Of a stretch of DNA of 64,000 nucleotides, positions 11,301 to 29,454 are shown one piece after another (the stretch's first letter is position 1; each line of letters begins with the position of its first letter). The DNA is from Pelomyxa schiedti (taxonomy: Eukaryota; Protista; Evosea). The stretch covers positions 24,093 to 88,092 of the forward strand of contig JAHLWZ010000373.1 of NCBI GenBank assembly GCA_020536535.1, read 5' to 3'. Under the pieces are notes generated by a model, which saw nothing but the letters and a program-made list of their open reading frames with translations, was not told the origin of the DNA and made no database searches. Position numbers and translations under genes: made by a program.

Positions 11301-11400
11301 NNNNNNNNNNNNNNNNNNNNNNNNNNNNNNNNNNNNNNNNNNNNNNNNNNNNNNNNNNNNNNNNNNNNNNNNNNNNNNNNNNNNNNNNNNNNNNNNNNNN
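11301..11400. other. Scaffold gap (100 N)
   Basis: Run of 100 n. Confidence 1.
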
Positions 11401-12194
11401 TGATGTTGCAGTCAGTGGTTTTGTGTGTTGTGGACTAGACTCTGGAATGAGGACCCAACCTGGCTCAAGAGATCAACATCTGGAATAGCACGATAGCAGT
11501 TAGCACCTGCAACGACAACCAGAGTAAATAAGAATAATAGATACCCAAAGTAATCCCTCTTTCTTGCCTAGAAGGCCCCAGATCACTACATTTTGGGCTG
11601 TAATTGGCAAATTGCATGTCAGATATCCAACAGGTATCCTAAGTTGTTTTTAAGTTAATACTTTGGATATACATAATTGCGCTACCTTTGCAACTAAGTC
11701 GACTGTTTTTTGTGGGAAGGATGTAGACTAGAAAGTCACGATGAGTTGGAAGAAGATTTCATTGATAGATGTAGCGGTCGAGGGTCTTCTAAAGGAATAA
11801 AGTGGGATAACTTTGGGTGCCTGTTATTCTCCATTTTCTCGGGTTATCATTCATGCTGCAGGTGTTCCCTGACGTCACGACTATCATGCCATTCCAGTTA
11901 GTAGATCTTCTGGCACAGGTTGGTCTCTCATCCAGTCATTGTGTGCGTAGGGTTAAAAGTTGACAGTGTTGTTGCTGAGCGTCATAGTCAACTATGAATA
12001 AAGTCTTCGTCCAACTCATCTTGTCTTTAGTTCCTCACCATTAACAGTTCAAACACTCAAGTCACACATCTGCAACCCTACCTCCTCCACAGCTTGCTCC
12101 TTTGGTTCAACCAAACTGCAAACTTTTTTCCCGTTGTTTCGCGGATTTGGTCTCACCATTGGTTTTTTTTGAAATGGGATTTTGTTGCACCGCT

Positions 12195-15100
12195 TCAGTG
12201 TGTGAACTTGCTGCGATGGTGCTTGGATCGATCTTTACATTTATGACCCTTGGGGCACTTTGTTTTGGTGTGTGGCTGAAGGATAGCTATTGGGTAGACT
12301 GGTGGGTATGTGGTAGTTGTTTTTGGTGGGGTGTAGCCATAGTCGTCAGGTTCCACGAGCTCGTCGTTGTATGTGACTGTTGCTCCATAGTGTATCACGT
12401 AGTACGGGAGTATCTGGTCTGTTTGTTGGTTTGATGGGAATGTGTGAATGAATCGGCCGCCGTTAGGTCAAGGATTGAAGGAGCTTGGGAAACGAACCGG
12501 AATCGAAAATGATTATCTCAGTTTTGTCAGGAGATATGTGTGAATCATATCCGGGAACTTTGGCCGCTCCATCCTGAGGATGGTTATTTATTTGTAATAT
12601 AGACAGTAAACAGAAACGTGACCATTCTATCCGTGCATAGAAACGGCTTGCCAAGAAGTACTTGGGCAAGAAGGAACTTTGATCCGCTTCTTACATAGCC
12701 CATACTGAGGCTGGGGAATTCCGAAAAATCTATGTATGATCCACGTTATTCCACTATGTCGAGTTTGAACGAAAGTTACAGATGCCGGCACCCCACCAGC
12801 CAGAATCAGTCGAGCTACCAACGTAACGGAGTTGGAAGTTATTGCGTACAATAGAGGTCTGGTCATATTGGGGTTAGGAGAAAAGTTGTGTATTGTGAAA
12901 GGTACAATGTTTTCCTCTGCTGTTCCATGGAAAACTAGTATGGGGTTTGTCTCTGACCATGGCATTTTAGTGGCTAATTGCGCTCTTTTTCTTCGAAAAG
13001 CCTTGTTTACAGTGAGTGACGAATGCTTGAGTGTTATTACTTTTTTACCTTAACATGTGGAGGATTCACTTTCAAGAAGAAATTTTGGTTTAGTTTGAAT
13101 TTATGTGTTGGTTATTCCTTACCAATGTACTCAACTTTCGTAACCTAATTGAGTGAACAGGGGAAACAAGATAAAAATGATAACATACCTTGAAGTTGGT
13201 GTTGTTTGCAATTAAACGATAAAATTGGGATTCTGCCGTACGAAAATGCATCTACAAAATGTAAGGAATTCGTAGCACGTTTTAAAGGGTACCTGGCCAC
13301 TGTTAATGTCCCCAAAAGAAGCAGTTTTAAAAAAAATTCATTTGTAAAGTCGGAAGATTACGCTGTATTGCTAAAGTGACGTTCTGGATGTAGCGTGAAA
13401 ATTCTCAGGGTGTCTCCCTCAAGAGCCTTGACGCGAATTTTGGTTATTTTTAGAGACATGATTGTACCTCTTTTTCTCCTGGTAAGTACTGGATTTCCTC
13501 TTGGCCTCCACTCTTCTCAAGTTCTCTCCTAAGCAATAATGTAACTGAATACAACTGGAGGAAACAAACGCTTTTTTTTCAGCTTCTTCCTTCTCCCGGA
13601 GAAGTAGCTTGATTATTTCTGCTTGGGATTGTGCTTCCGCTTCCGCTCTGTGTAAATTGATGAGACCATTTAATAGAATAGAGTTCTAACTTTCTCCTTT
13701 GTGCTTCAGCTTCATTAGCCTGTCTGAATGCCGAGTCTATTTCTCGGGCTATTTGTTGGTCAGCTCGTTCCTTTTCCCTCTGCTCCCTGCAGGTAGTCAC
13801 TCATTCAGTTCTTAGTCTCCCAAGGTTGTTGGAATGACCTTTCATTTTTTTCTCGCTCTTGTTGTTCTATTCTCTTGGCAGCAAGAGCGTCAGCCTCAAT
13901 TTTGGCCAATCGTTCCCTTTTTTTTTTTAGATTTGATATTAGAGTATTTATTTTGCACTTTTCCATTTGCTGGAGTGCCCTTTGAGAATCAGCTCTCTCC
14001 TTCTATAGAAATGTTAATCATGTAAAAGTAGTCTGCTTGAAAGTACTTCAAGCCTCCATCTAGTGACATTAGGGTCTTCAACCGGACTTGTTGGACTTGG
14101 ACTTGTCGTAGTTGGGCTTGTCGTGCTTGGGGTTGTGCTTAGTGCAGGAGGGGTCGATTTTGGTGTGCTAGTGATGGGTGGGGAGGTGACATTAGGTTCA
14201 GGTGTTGAACTCAATGACAAACAGTAGTCTAAAGCACGTTCTGTATCCATATTGAAAGACTTCAGAACTAGCAAAATTCGTTCTGGTTTTAAACTGGATA
14301 ATTTAATTCCAAAGGATAGTGTAATTGGAAATAACCTGGGTATACATTCCAAAATTGAGTCAACGCTCTTTTGAACTTCAGGAGGAATTTTCTGTGGTAC
14401 CTTTTTTGGTTATTTACAAAATCAATTCAAACAAGGGGGAACATACTGGTGCTGGAGGTGGCTTTGACAAGCAGGTATTAACGTGGTCGTCTATCTAAGA
14501 CTGAATGAGGTGCAATTCTTGCAATAAGGTACCATACCACTGTTGCTGCAAAACTGGCTCCACAAATAGGGCACTGACATTGCGGAGAGGGAACAGACAC
14601 CTGGGTTGCCGACTGAGGGAGAATTTTAGTTGGTTGTGGAAGAGGGGTTGGAGAGGTAGAGGTCACAGTGGTCGACGCAGTAGCTGATGTAGACGCCGCA
14701 GATGCCGATGTTGGCATTAGTGTTGTGGAGTTTGGTGAGGGTGGGGAGGTTGGTGTGGGTGGCTGTACTGCTGTCGCGGTTTTAGGTGTGCTCGTGGGCG
14801 ATTGCTGTATTGCCTTCAGAGCTGCTTCCTGTTGTTGGATAATCTGGAGCCAGAGTGGTACTGGTCCAAGTGACGTTGGTGCATTGGATCCTTGTGACAC
14901 TGTAGTTGATGACGAAGGTTGAGCCGCGGAGGTCTGTGCTGTCACTGGTGGCAGACTTGTTGGGGTAGCTGCAGCTGACACTGCCGTTATTTTCTGTGAT
15001 GTTGTTTGGATTGGAGGTGATATAGTAGCTACTGTTGATGTGGATGAAGGGGTGGAGGTAGGTAGTTGTGCCAGTGTTGGTGTTGGTAATACTGTGTTTG

Positions 15101-15691
15101 AAAGAGGAGCTGGGATGTGTGCAGGGGATTGGGCCACTGGAATTTGTGCTAGATTTGGTGCTGGTGGTGTTTTGGCAGGTGTGTTTGTAGGGAGTGCCAG
15201 GGATGTTGGTGTTGGTGTTGGTGTTGTTGATACTAATGGGGATGTGGGAGCTGTTGGTGTGGTGTTTTTAGGTGGTTCTGGTTGCGGTTTCACAGTTTGT
15301 GTTGCAGGTACATGGATTGGTTCCTGGGATGGAGGTGTGGCAATGACAGTTACACCAGATGCTGGTGTAATTTGGGAAGTTGGCACTAGAGTTGGGGTTA
15401 CAACAGACGTTTGAACCCCAACAAGAGTGCTGAGTGCTGAAGAAGAAGAACTGTTTGTTGGTGAAGGTGTCTAAAGATGGTGTAAAAAAACAAAACGGCT
15501 CCCAGATATACATCTATAAAAAAAGAAAAAAAAACTCACAAAGAGAACGTTCAAGACATCGTCATTAGAGGGCTTCTTATGAGCACTAACGCTTGACAAC
15601 TGCTTTGTACGTCAAAAGTAGGGGGAAAAAAAAGTATGCAGAGCACCTTAGACCCCAGCAGATCCAAAAATGACCCATCGGCGCTTGTCAT
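12195..15691 (-). CDS. PARP-like ADP-ribosyltransferase with UBZ4-type zinc finger, UBA/CUE-like domain, coiled coil and C-terminal PBZ zinc finger
   Basis: Spliced reading gives a Thr/Pro-rich N-terminus; CPICGASFAATV/IDDHVNTCL (UBZ4); ERILLVLKSFNMDTERALDYCL (UBA/CUE-like); VFHGT..GWWGAGIYFSEFPSLSMGY..FLLAQVLLGK..GYDSHISPDKTEIIIFD (ART H-Y-E); and KTKCPKGHKCKDRSKHHRSKFTH* (PBZ). Confidence 0.75.
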
Positions 15692-15878
15692 TCTGTTTGC
15701 TTGCGCTGGCGTTCTTCCCCTTTTCAGCACTGCCTAACGATCACAACGGGTGGGATTCTTGTTAGAATTAAGATTTAATTCTCTTTGAGAACTGTTTCGG
15801 AAACTGTGGGCAACAACACTCTATACTCTAAAACTGTTTAAGGAACGAGGAGCTGTGTTTTCCTGCACTTTTTTCTTT

Positions 15879-16388
15879 TCACGAAAAGCACTCGGCTTTA
15901 GAGTCCGTAACGAACTCAAGGTAGTCGAACAGCAGGCCCTGAGAGCCCGACACCCTTGCCCAGGCCACATTCGGAATCGAGAATGTGCAGTTCTGCGGCG
16001 CCGAAGTGACGCCCTCGTCCACTACCCACCACGACACGGTCTGCTGCGCCCCGGGCAGCACCACACTGGCCACCTGCCGGCTGCTGAAGTCCGTCCGATG
16101 GTCGCTGACTATCCCGTCCCACACGTGGCAGAACTCGTCCGGCGTCATCGCGTAGCCGGCGGACAGGACCTGCGCGTCGGGCGTGAACGCGGCAGACAGC
16201 GCGTCGCACTGCTCGGGCGTCGGGGCCGGCGGGGCGCCGTCGTGCGCCGCGTGCACCGCCGACTCGAACTGCGACGCCAGCGCCGATATCTGGGCGTACG
16301 TGTACATGGACGCGTCGGCCGTGTGCTGCAGTTGCACCGCCGCCAAAATAACTACTATCCCACAAGCGCAAAGTGCTTGCCACGACAT
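15879..16388 (-). CDS. Small secreted protein, possibly SnoaL/NTF2-like fold
   Basis: Intronless 169-aa ORF with a signal peptide and strong GC3 bias. CDALSAAFTPDAQV resembles the NTF2/SnoaL-like N-terminal helix motif. Confidence 0.6.
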   Translation of the reverse strand: MSWQALCACGIVVILAAVQLQHTADASMYTYAQISALASQFESAVHAAHDGAPPAPTPEQCDALSAAFTPDAQVLSAGYAMTPDEFCHVWDGIVSDHRTDFSSRQVASVVLPGAQQTVSWWVVDEGVTSAPQNCTFSIPNVAWARVSGSQGLLFDYLEFVTDSKAECFS

Positions 16389-16481
16389 CCCTCCACCTTG
16401 ACGAAATAAATTTAAAGATTAATTCGTTGGGTTCAACGAAAAACACTAGATTTCTTAATAAATTACATATCACACAGCTAG

Positions 16482-18065
16482 TTAGGCTCCTAGCTTGTAC
16501 TGTGAGGTAATGCATCTGGATCCTTGCTCATCGTATTGGTTCTTCAGTACAAAGAACCCATCTCTGTCTGCCATGATCTCAGCAAGTACACGTCCCCCTA
16601 TAAATATTTGCTGTAGAAAAGAGATTGGAAAAAAGAAGGGACGGATTAGTGTGCAAGTAAAATGAGGTAGAGTAGAGATACATTTCGGCGATAAGAAGCA
16701 GATTCCACAACTGTACGGAATCGTTTGCAATTTTTCTCGCACAAATTGCTAAAGTCCTGTTCAAGTCGTGATTCTACACCAGGAAGCATACTGCTTCCAC
16801 CACTAATATGTGCAATCAGAAAGCGGAGAGAGTGATTTGGGAATTACCTTAGAACAATGTGTTGTGAGAGACTAAATTGGACATCACTAGGAGCAGCGCA
16901 GAGGGAGTTGAATAACTTGGCGGCAATTCCGGGACAGTCTTTTTCCATTAAAGATGGCTGGAAGAGAACCTGTACGCAAGCAGTCATTAAATGATACGGA
17001 TCCCAGAATCGAACCTCGGCTGCCCAGTACCTTTCCTTGTCCGCTTTAATTACACGGCCATCAGGGAGTGCAAATTTCGCGAGATTAGTAATGGTTCCAT
17101 ATGATAATTCATCTTCTTCAAGCGGGTTGTGCGAACAATAACACAGCTTCTCTTTGATTTGCCTCACTGCAAGGAGCATTAGTACCATTTCCTTTATCTG
17201 TGGAGAGAAACCAATCTCTTGATCTGCAGCTCTCTGGAATGGGTAACCTCGTAACATCAACAGCTTTGTGAGGTGGTTTGTCACGTCTTGCCCCGAAATA
17301 TCAATGGTGGGAACGTTACTCAACGGGACAGATTCATATATTGGCATAATGGTTGTTGTACTGTCCCCAATATCAACTGAGACACCTGTAAGTAGGCCCT
17401 GAGCATACAGTGCCAATGTGGGCTGATTGTATGAGGTGAGTATTAGCACTTTCTTTTCATCATGATACCTGTGGGGCAATGTAGATGCCATCGAATTTGA
17501 ATCTCTCAAACATAGTTTCCACCATTTTCTGCCTAAAGGGAGTCAACTTTTCGTGCACCAAGTGTAGAAAAACCTTTTGTTTATCGGGTTCAACATTGGT
17601 TCAGTCAGTACAATTCTGGCATATTTGGGAGTGACCCTGAGTTTGTTTTCCAGCATATACTCCCATACGTGACACATGTCCCCCCAGTCATTAATATAAC
17701 TTTTGAATATGGGATGGGACAGTGTCAGTTTAGTAGAATATTCCATAGCTTCATCACCCACAAAGAACTCAGGCATTGTCCTAATTAGGCACTATGAGAT
17801 ACCCCAAATTAAAAAAAACCCACACACCCAAGTTCCTCATCAGTGCTGTGCAGTGGTCTTCCAATAACAGTGCGAAACTAATAAATATAAGAACGAAAGT
17901 ACAAGAGGGAAATTTTACAATTGCATCAGGACATGGCAGAGTCATGTGCCTCAGGCGGCCACACTTGATTGAGTCTTCATCAAACGTTAGGTACTGAATT
18001 ATGGGAATGATAGAACGCATACATGTCCCATTATCAACAACTATGACTTGTGGGTTTAATGCCAT
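16482..18065 (-). CDS. Actin-related protein, Arp2-like (divergent)
   Basis: VIVVDNGT, FVGDEA, IVLTEPMLNP, LALYAQGLLTGVSVDIGD, VRQIKEKLCY, LPDGRVIK, VLFQPSL, and a C-terminal YDEQG. Confidence 0.85.
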
Positions 18066-18508
18066 ACAAAATGTGTTGGGAGTCCACACAAATATAAAAT
18101 GTAGTTGGCTTTTCAATCAAGCCTTTCAAATGTACACAGTATTTACACCTTGTCGATAATTAAATTAACTTGTTTGTGCTTGGCCACAACAAAAAGCCGT
18201 TTGCTTCCATTCTCGTCTCCTCCAACTTGATTCGGAGACAAGTTGGGACGCAGCAGCGTATCGTTCAAATCCTGGCTGTACAATCCCGCACCACGGCCCG
18301 AGTTATGCACGCTGAGCTGCCTCGGGACGAGTCTCAGCCGCTGTTTCGCAAGAGATTCCCGATTCAAATCACCGCAGTTTCCCATTATCCCTTCTTTCTC
18401 GAAATTCAGGGGACGGAGAACGGTGACTTGTGGTGACACACATCGATTGTGACACTTTTTTTTTTTTGTTTCTACTCCCCTTTCGGGTGTCGTTTTGGGG
18501 GGGGGAGA

Positions 18509-24405
<5,897 letters not shown>

Positions 24406-24523
24406 AGATACATAACCCGAACCCTATCCCTGGTTGTACAATCAAGTTTGTTGTTGTTCCTAGAACTAAAAACCTATCTATCGATTCTATTCTATGAACC
24501 CATCAAAAAATTTCGAATAAACG

Positions 24524-26252
24524 ATGGACGACGAACTGCCGTCCTGGTACGACCACAGCTTGTTTTTGCCCGGCGAGTATCTCGAGGATGAGCAAGAGCA
24601 AGAGATAGAACCCACAATTACACCGCGGGCAGAGAAGGAGATGGAGGACCAGATCGCTGGCCCCGCCGTGGAGCTTCCCCACGAAATCCCTGCCGAGTGG
24701 GTGTCTTCTCGTCCGATTCTCACCACAATCGAGAACGACGAGGAAAGCGGCACACACATTGTGGCGGCGGGAAGAGAAGTAGATTATGGGAAAGGAGTAA
24801 AGTTCGACTGCGTCTCGGTTTGGACGCCTTCGAATAAGCTGTTGTGGGGACGTTCTCGTTCTCCTTACGTTAATTTATTGGGGTCGTTTCCTTGTTCATT
24901 TTTAACAGTTTAAAAACCAAACGAAAACCAAAAAAACCTAACCTAATACTATGGGGAAATAGGAACTCAAGGAATTCAGACTCACTTGCGGTACCTTGGG
25001 ATATGCTTTTCGCAATTCGTGCTCCTCCTAGTGTTACACAGTTTTTCGACAAAGCAATTATTGGAAGATGGTTAGGGTTTGCCCTGGCGCTTGGGGCTAC
25101 TCACCAACGAAAAAAATACCTCCTGCTTCCAGTTCCTGTTATTGAGACTATAGCGTCTTATGCTGCTCAGGCCTTATTGATCCCCATCCGGTTTTCCCTG
25201 TCTCAGGTCACATTGCACCCCTCATTTTTTGGTTTTTGTTTTTTTTACCTGTGACCCATTTCATAGCTTGCACGCGACACATCACTTCCTACTCGCTTAA
25301 TACAAATAGCAGCAATGGAAGCTGTATGGCCCCACTGGAAGGACTGGGCCTCTTGTCATTGGACACTGCAACCAATGGCGTTTCCGACAATGGATCAAAT
25401 TGTGGCCTTTATTCAGGCTGAAATTGCTCCACATTTTCATTTCTACTATGTCAATAGTCTCCACGCTTTCTTGATTTCCCAGCATGCAGTGGAAGTTACT
25501 ATTAATGGTCTTGAACCCTTACTCTTGCAAAATTATTACAAGGCCTGCCTGGCGGGAGAACTTGTATTCAACAGCCAAATTAGTGGATTGTTCAAGTCGT
25601 TTGGTGTATGCTTTGGCCCCCAGGCAACCGTTGTTGTTGGATCTGGGAGAAAAATTATCAGGCAAGTGTATGACCTGAGAGTTGATGACAAAGTGGCTAC
25701 CGGCTCAAAACAATACCCGGTTTCAACAGTGCTATGCACTTGGCGGTACCATCTGCTTTGGTCTTCTCACTACCCTTACGCAAACCGATATCCAGGTGCA
25801 TTCTCACGAGCCTTACTCCAGTTTACTCCCTCAAACAGAATGATGGTGCATTGCTTCAAATCACGTTAGACCACCCAATCCGAACTCACGGCAAGTGGTG
25901 CCTTCCATCCCCGCACTCCCTCTCATACACTAAACAAATACCCTCACACCACAACAACGCCCCCACTTCAGGGTCATCCGCATCCACTTCAGAATCATTG
26001 CCGTCACTAAAACTGGAACTGGAATCCCAACCTGAACCCAAACTGGAGTACCTACCCCCAGGCACAACTGTGTACAACTTTGTGCTTCGGGGGCCCTGCA
26101 GAACTCTGCTTGTTGGTGGCATAAGGTGTTGCACACTGGGGATGGCAGTTCCGAATCACTATGAGCCATTTTGGGGCACTTCCAAAGTCACACAATGGTT
26201 GCAGTTGCACCCAATGTTCCCAAATGTGGTTACTGTAAAGGCTTGTATTTAA
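24524..26252 (+). CDS. Protein with C-terminal Hint-superfamily (Vint-type) domain
   Basis: GV/CFGPQATVVV..VYDLRVDDKVAT (block A, Cys codon 25609), ITLDHPIRTHGKWCLP (TxxH block B), VYNFVL..LLVGGIRCCTLG..EPFWGTSKV (Vint C-terminus). Joined across an intron at ~25746-25795. Confidence 0.7.
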
Positions 26253-26464
26253 AAAAGAGTAAATGCCCCCAACCCTGTTGTTACACGGTGCTTTTTCCCC
26301 TTTTTCCGCGTATTGATTTTCTCCCGGACATTTTTCACCCTTGAACGGTCACAGGAGCGCAACCCATGATCACTTTCTGATTCGTATCAACGCAATTATT
26401 GGAACAGATATTAGCCAAAAAAAATAAACAAATAAACAGCCGTGACAAGAGGGGAGTGAGTGTG

Positions 26465-29454
26465 ATGACTTGTTTACAATCTCTATTCGACCAGTTTGGG
26501 GTGAACCTTTCTTTGTCCCAGCTTTTTTCCTTTGTCACACTGCCCAGTACTTGCTCGCGTTTCGAAAAAAATGTGAGGAAGTATTGACTTCTGTTCGTGC
26601 ACTCGCTGAAGCCTCCGTTGGTGCGCCATGTGTTTTGCATTTTTCGAGCCAACCTCCAAAAGGGTTTTCTTCAGCAATGAATAGCCTTGCTTCTTCTGTG
26701 GAATCAGTTTCTGGTGTTATTGAACCACATCCAGCATTTAGTGCGGTATTGGCAGTTACATTTTGCATTCTTACTGGTTTAGATAATGCAGTTGGTTGCT
26801 TAGCTACCACTCTGAGACTATCGTCATGTTCCGTTCACCAACTGGTTTAAGAGGTGTATTCACTTCAACTCTCTTACCTTCCACAAGATTGCAAAGATTG
26901 GCGAGCACTTGCAAGGACCAATGGAAAGTTTCGTAAATTATGGGTACAAAGAAACTGAGGTGTTATTTACCTCTTAAAAGTATCAACGAATCCTCTGAAA
27001 CAATCTAGGTTGTTTTCAAAAAAGTAAAAGGCCTTGGTCAAGACTTTGAAGTGTTGAATAAAACAAATGTCTCTACCGGTCCTGATCCTTTTGCACAGAG
27101 TGGTGGCTTTGTAAGATACTGTATTTTTATTCCTTTCCAAGTGAGAAAAAAGGAAGCACAAAAAGAGCTTGCCAAAACAGTGCTCGATGAGGCTATGGCG
27201 TCTCTTCAAACTGAAATGCAGAAACTCTCTTCGACTTGCAACACTTCTCTATTAAGATATTTTGGCAACACTGTGCGAGACATTTATGCCTTTTTCAGTA
27301 AAGTACTTTTCTTCATTTATAGTTTCATCCTTACCTCGAAGTAGACAAGTGACAAAGAGTGGAAGTTGGAGGCAGCTCAAAAGACCCAACTTGATTTAGA
27401 CCTCACTGCTCTTGGTACTTTCAATAAAAATCCAGAATTTTGTAAACCCACCATTTTTGATGTTTCTAGGTCGTGACCCTGTCATTTGTTCTGGGCATCT
27501 AAAAATGCCTCAAGTAAAAAAAAATGAAGATTTTTTCTTCCGGCTCACTTCTGACTATTTGACGTGGTATTCCATCAATTTGGTTTGTATTTATTCCAAC
27601 AAGTACCCATCTCATGCAGCAGGTTTAGGATTTCAACCCTGCTAATCGTATCACAACTGCAACTTGCACTGCACGTATGGCAATGACAGGAGGCACGGAG
27701 TCCAGCAGATGCTTTCAAGTTTTTACACCACAGCTTCCCAAACCATTGTTTCTCCAGGTTGGAAGTTATTTTATATTACCCAATATTTATTCCCGAAAAA
27801 GGCATCAAGCAAAATTGAGCGGGATAGATGGATGTCCTGTATTCAGGCCACCTTGGAAGAAGCTATCAATAGCCAACCTGTAGTTAAAAAAGTTGTCCTT
27901 CCAAGACTGGATGCAGTTTCAGTACTTAAAAGTGTTCCAGGCAATGATGTGTGCGCTGACTGTGGTGCAAAAGGTCTCTACCCCTGTTCTCTCCGTGTGC
28001 CTATTAACGTTTCATAAGACCCAGACTGGTCCAGCATAAATCTGGGCATTATTCTATGCCTAGGTACGAAAACAATAAACAAAAACTATTTCTAAAATAT
28101 CCTTCAACCTAGAATGTTGTGGAATCCACCGAAGTTTTGGAACTAAGATTTCGAAGGTTCGGTCTCTTACACTTGACCAATGGAACAGTCCCGAACTCTT
28201 ACTTGTATGATTAGGTCTACTTTTTTCCCATTTGAATTCATCAGGTTTCCCCTCAACAAACAGTTCATGCAATGTATAGGCAATAGTATAGCCAATAGTA
28301 TTTATGAGAGTAAACCGGATTCTGTGCAACAAAAGCCTACCCCTGCAGATCCCAACTCGTATTTTTACTTCTGATTTAATTTCCTTTCTCACTCAAAAAC
28401 ATGGAAAGCGAGAAATGGAAAGATTGGCTGAAGGCTAAATATTGTGATCGTTCTTTTGTTCAGCCACCATTTGTATCCCACAAGGAGCTTAACACGGTCA
28501 CTGCCCAGAACCTTGGCTCCTCTTTTTTTGATTTATGTCATAGCAATTATACGAAATCTGTTCTGCACCAGAATCAAATGTACCAATGATAGTGAAACTC
28601 ATCACCCAGGGTGCTGATAGCAATTTCACTTCTTCCAGTGATGAATGTCGATCCTGTTTACATCAATGTAATCTTTACGTTCTCCTTTTTGTTGTACTTA
28701 CATGTTTGATAGCGATTATCAAAGGTCGCCCTGAACATGCCGAGGCACTTCTTCAAGCTTGTTCTCTCTTGACTTCAAAACATCTATAATCTAAACTATC
28801 AATAGCGTGGTGCGGTTGTATACCCATGTGACAAGCGGGGATTTACACCTCTACACTGTGCTGCCTTTTTTAACAGGCCTAAGTGTTGTGCTTTGCTTCT
28901 TCGGCATGGCTTGGTATGCGATTGAACGAAAACAATAATATCTCACCTTCTACGTGCAAGGACGCTGCCGTAACTGATAAATACGGAAATACAGCCCTTG
29001 ATATTGCAGTATGGAACGGTAGTAAGGAGACTATCGACGTTCTTAAGGACGTTGTCTCTAATGTAGTCACTCCGTCATTTTGTATCAGCTCATTCTATTA
29101 CAGAGCCCTGCTGGACCATGGTCACAACAAGAAGATTGTGGGGCACCACCAAATACCACTGAGTTGCCTCCCTTCTCCGTCCCCCTACCAGTGAACACAG
29201 GAGCAAAAACTGCCGCTTCTACTACAACTACACCAACAGACATCAAAGCTCTACCCTCCAAGCCAACAAAAACAGTACCAAGACCATCACTCACAACCTC
29301 TTCTTCTTCCACAGCACCACCAGCCGTATCTCAGTCTGACACAACAGTCCCTGTGCTCTCCTCACCAGTTCCAACCGAAAAATGGACATCCCCAGTCGTT
29401 CTAGACTCACCCAAATCACCACACCATAAACAACCCAAGCCAGAAAATAGCTAG
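26465..29454 (+). CDS. ACAP/centaurin-beta-like BAR-PH-ArfGAP-ankyrin protein (start uncertain)
   Basis: [48 protein letters not shown] (ArfGAP zinc finger), upstream PH and helical BAR-like exons, ankyrin repeats ([18 protein letters not shown]), and a Pro/Thr tail. Confidence 0.85.
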
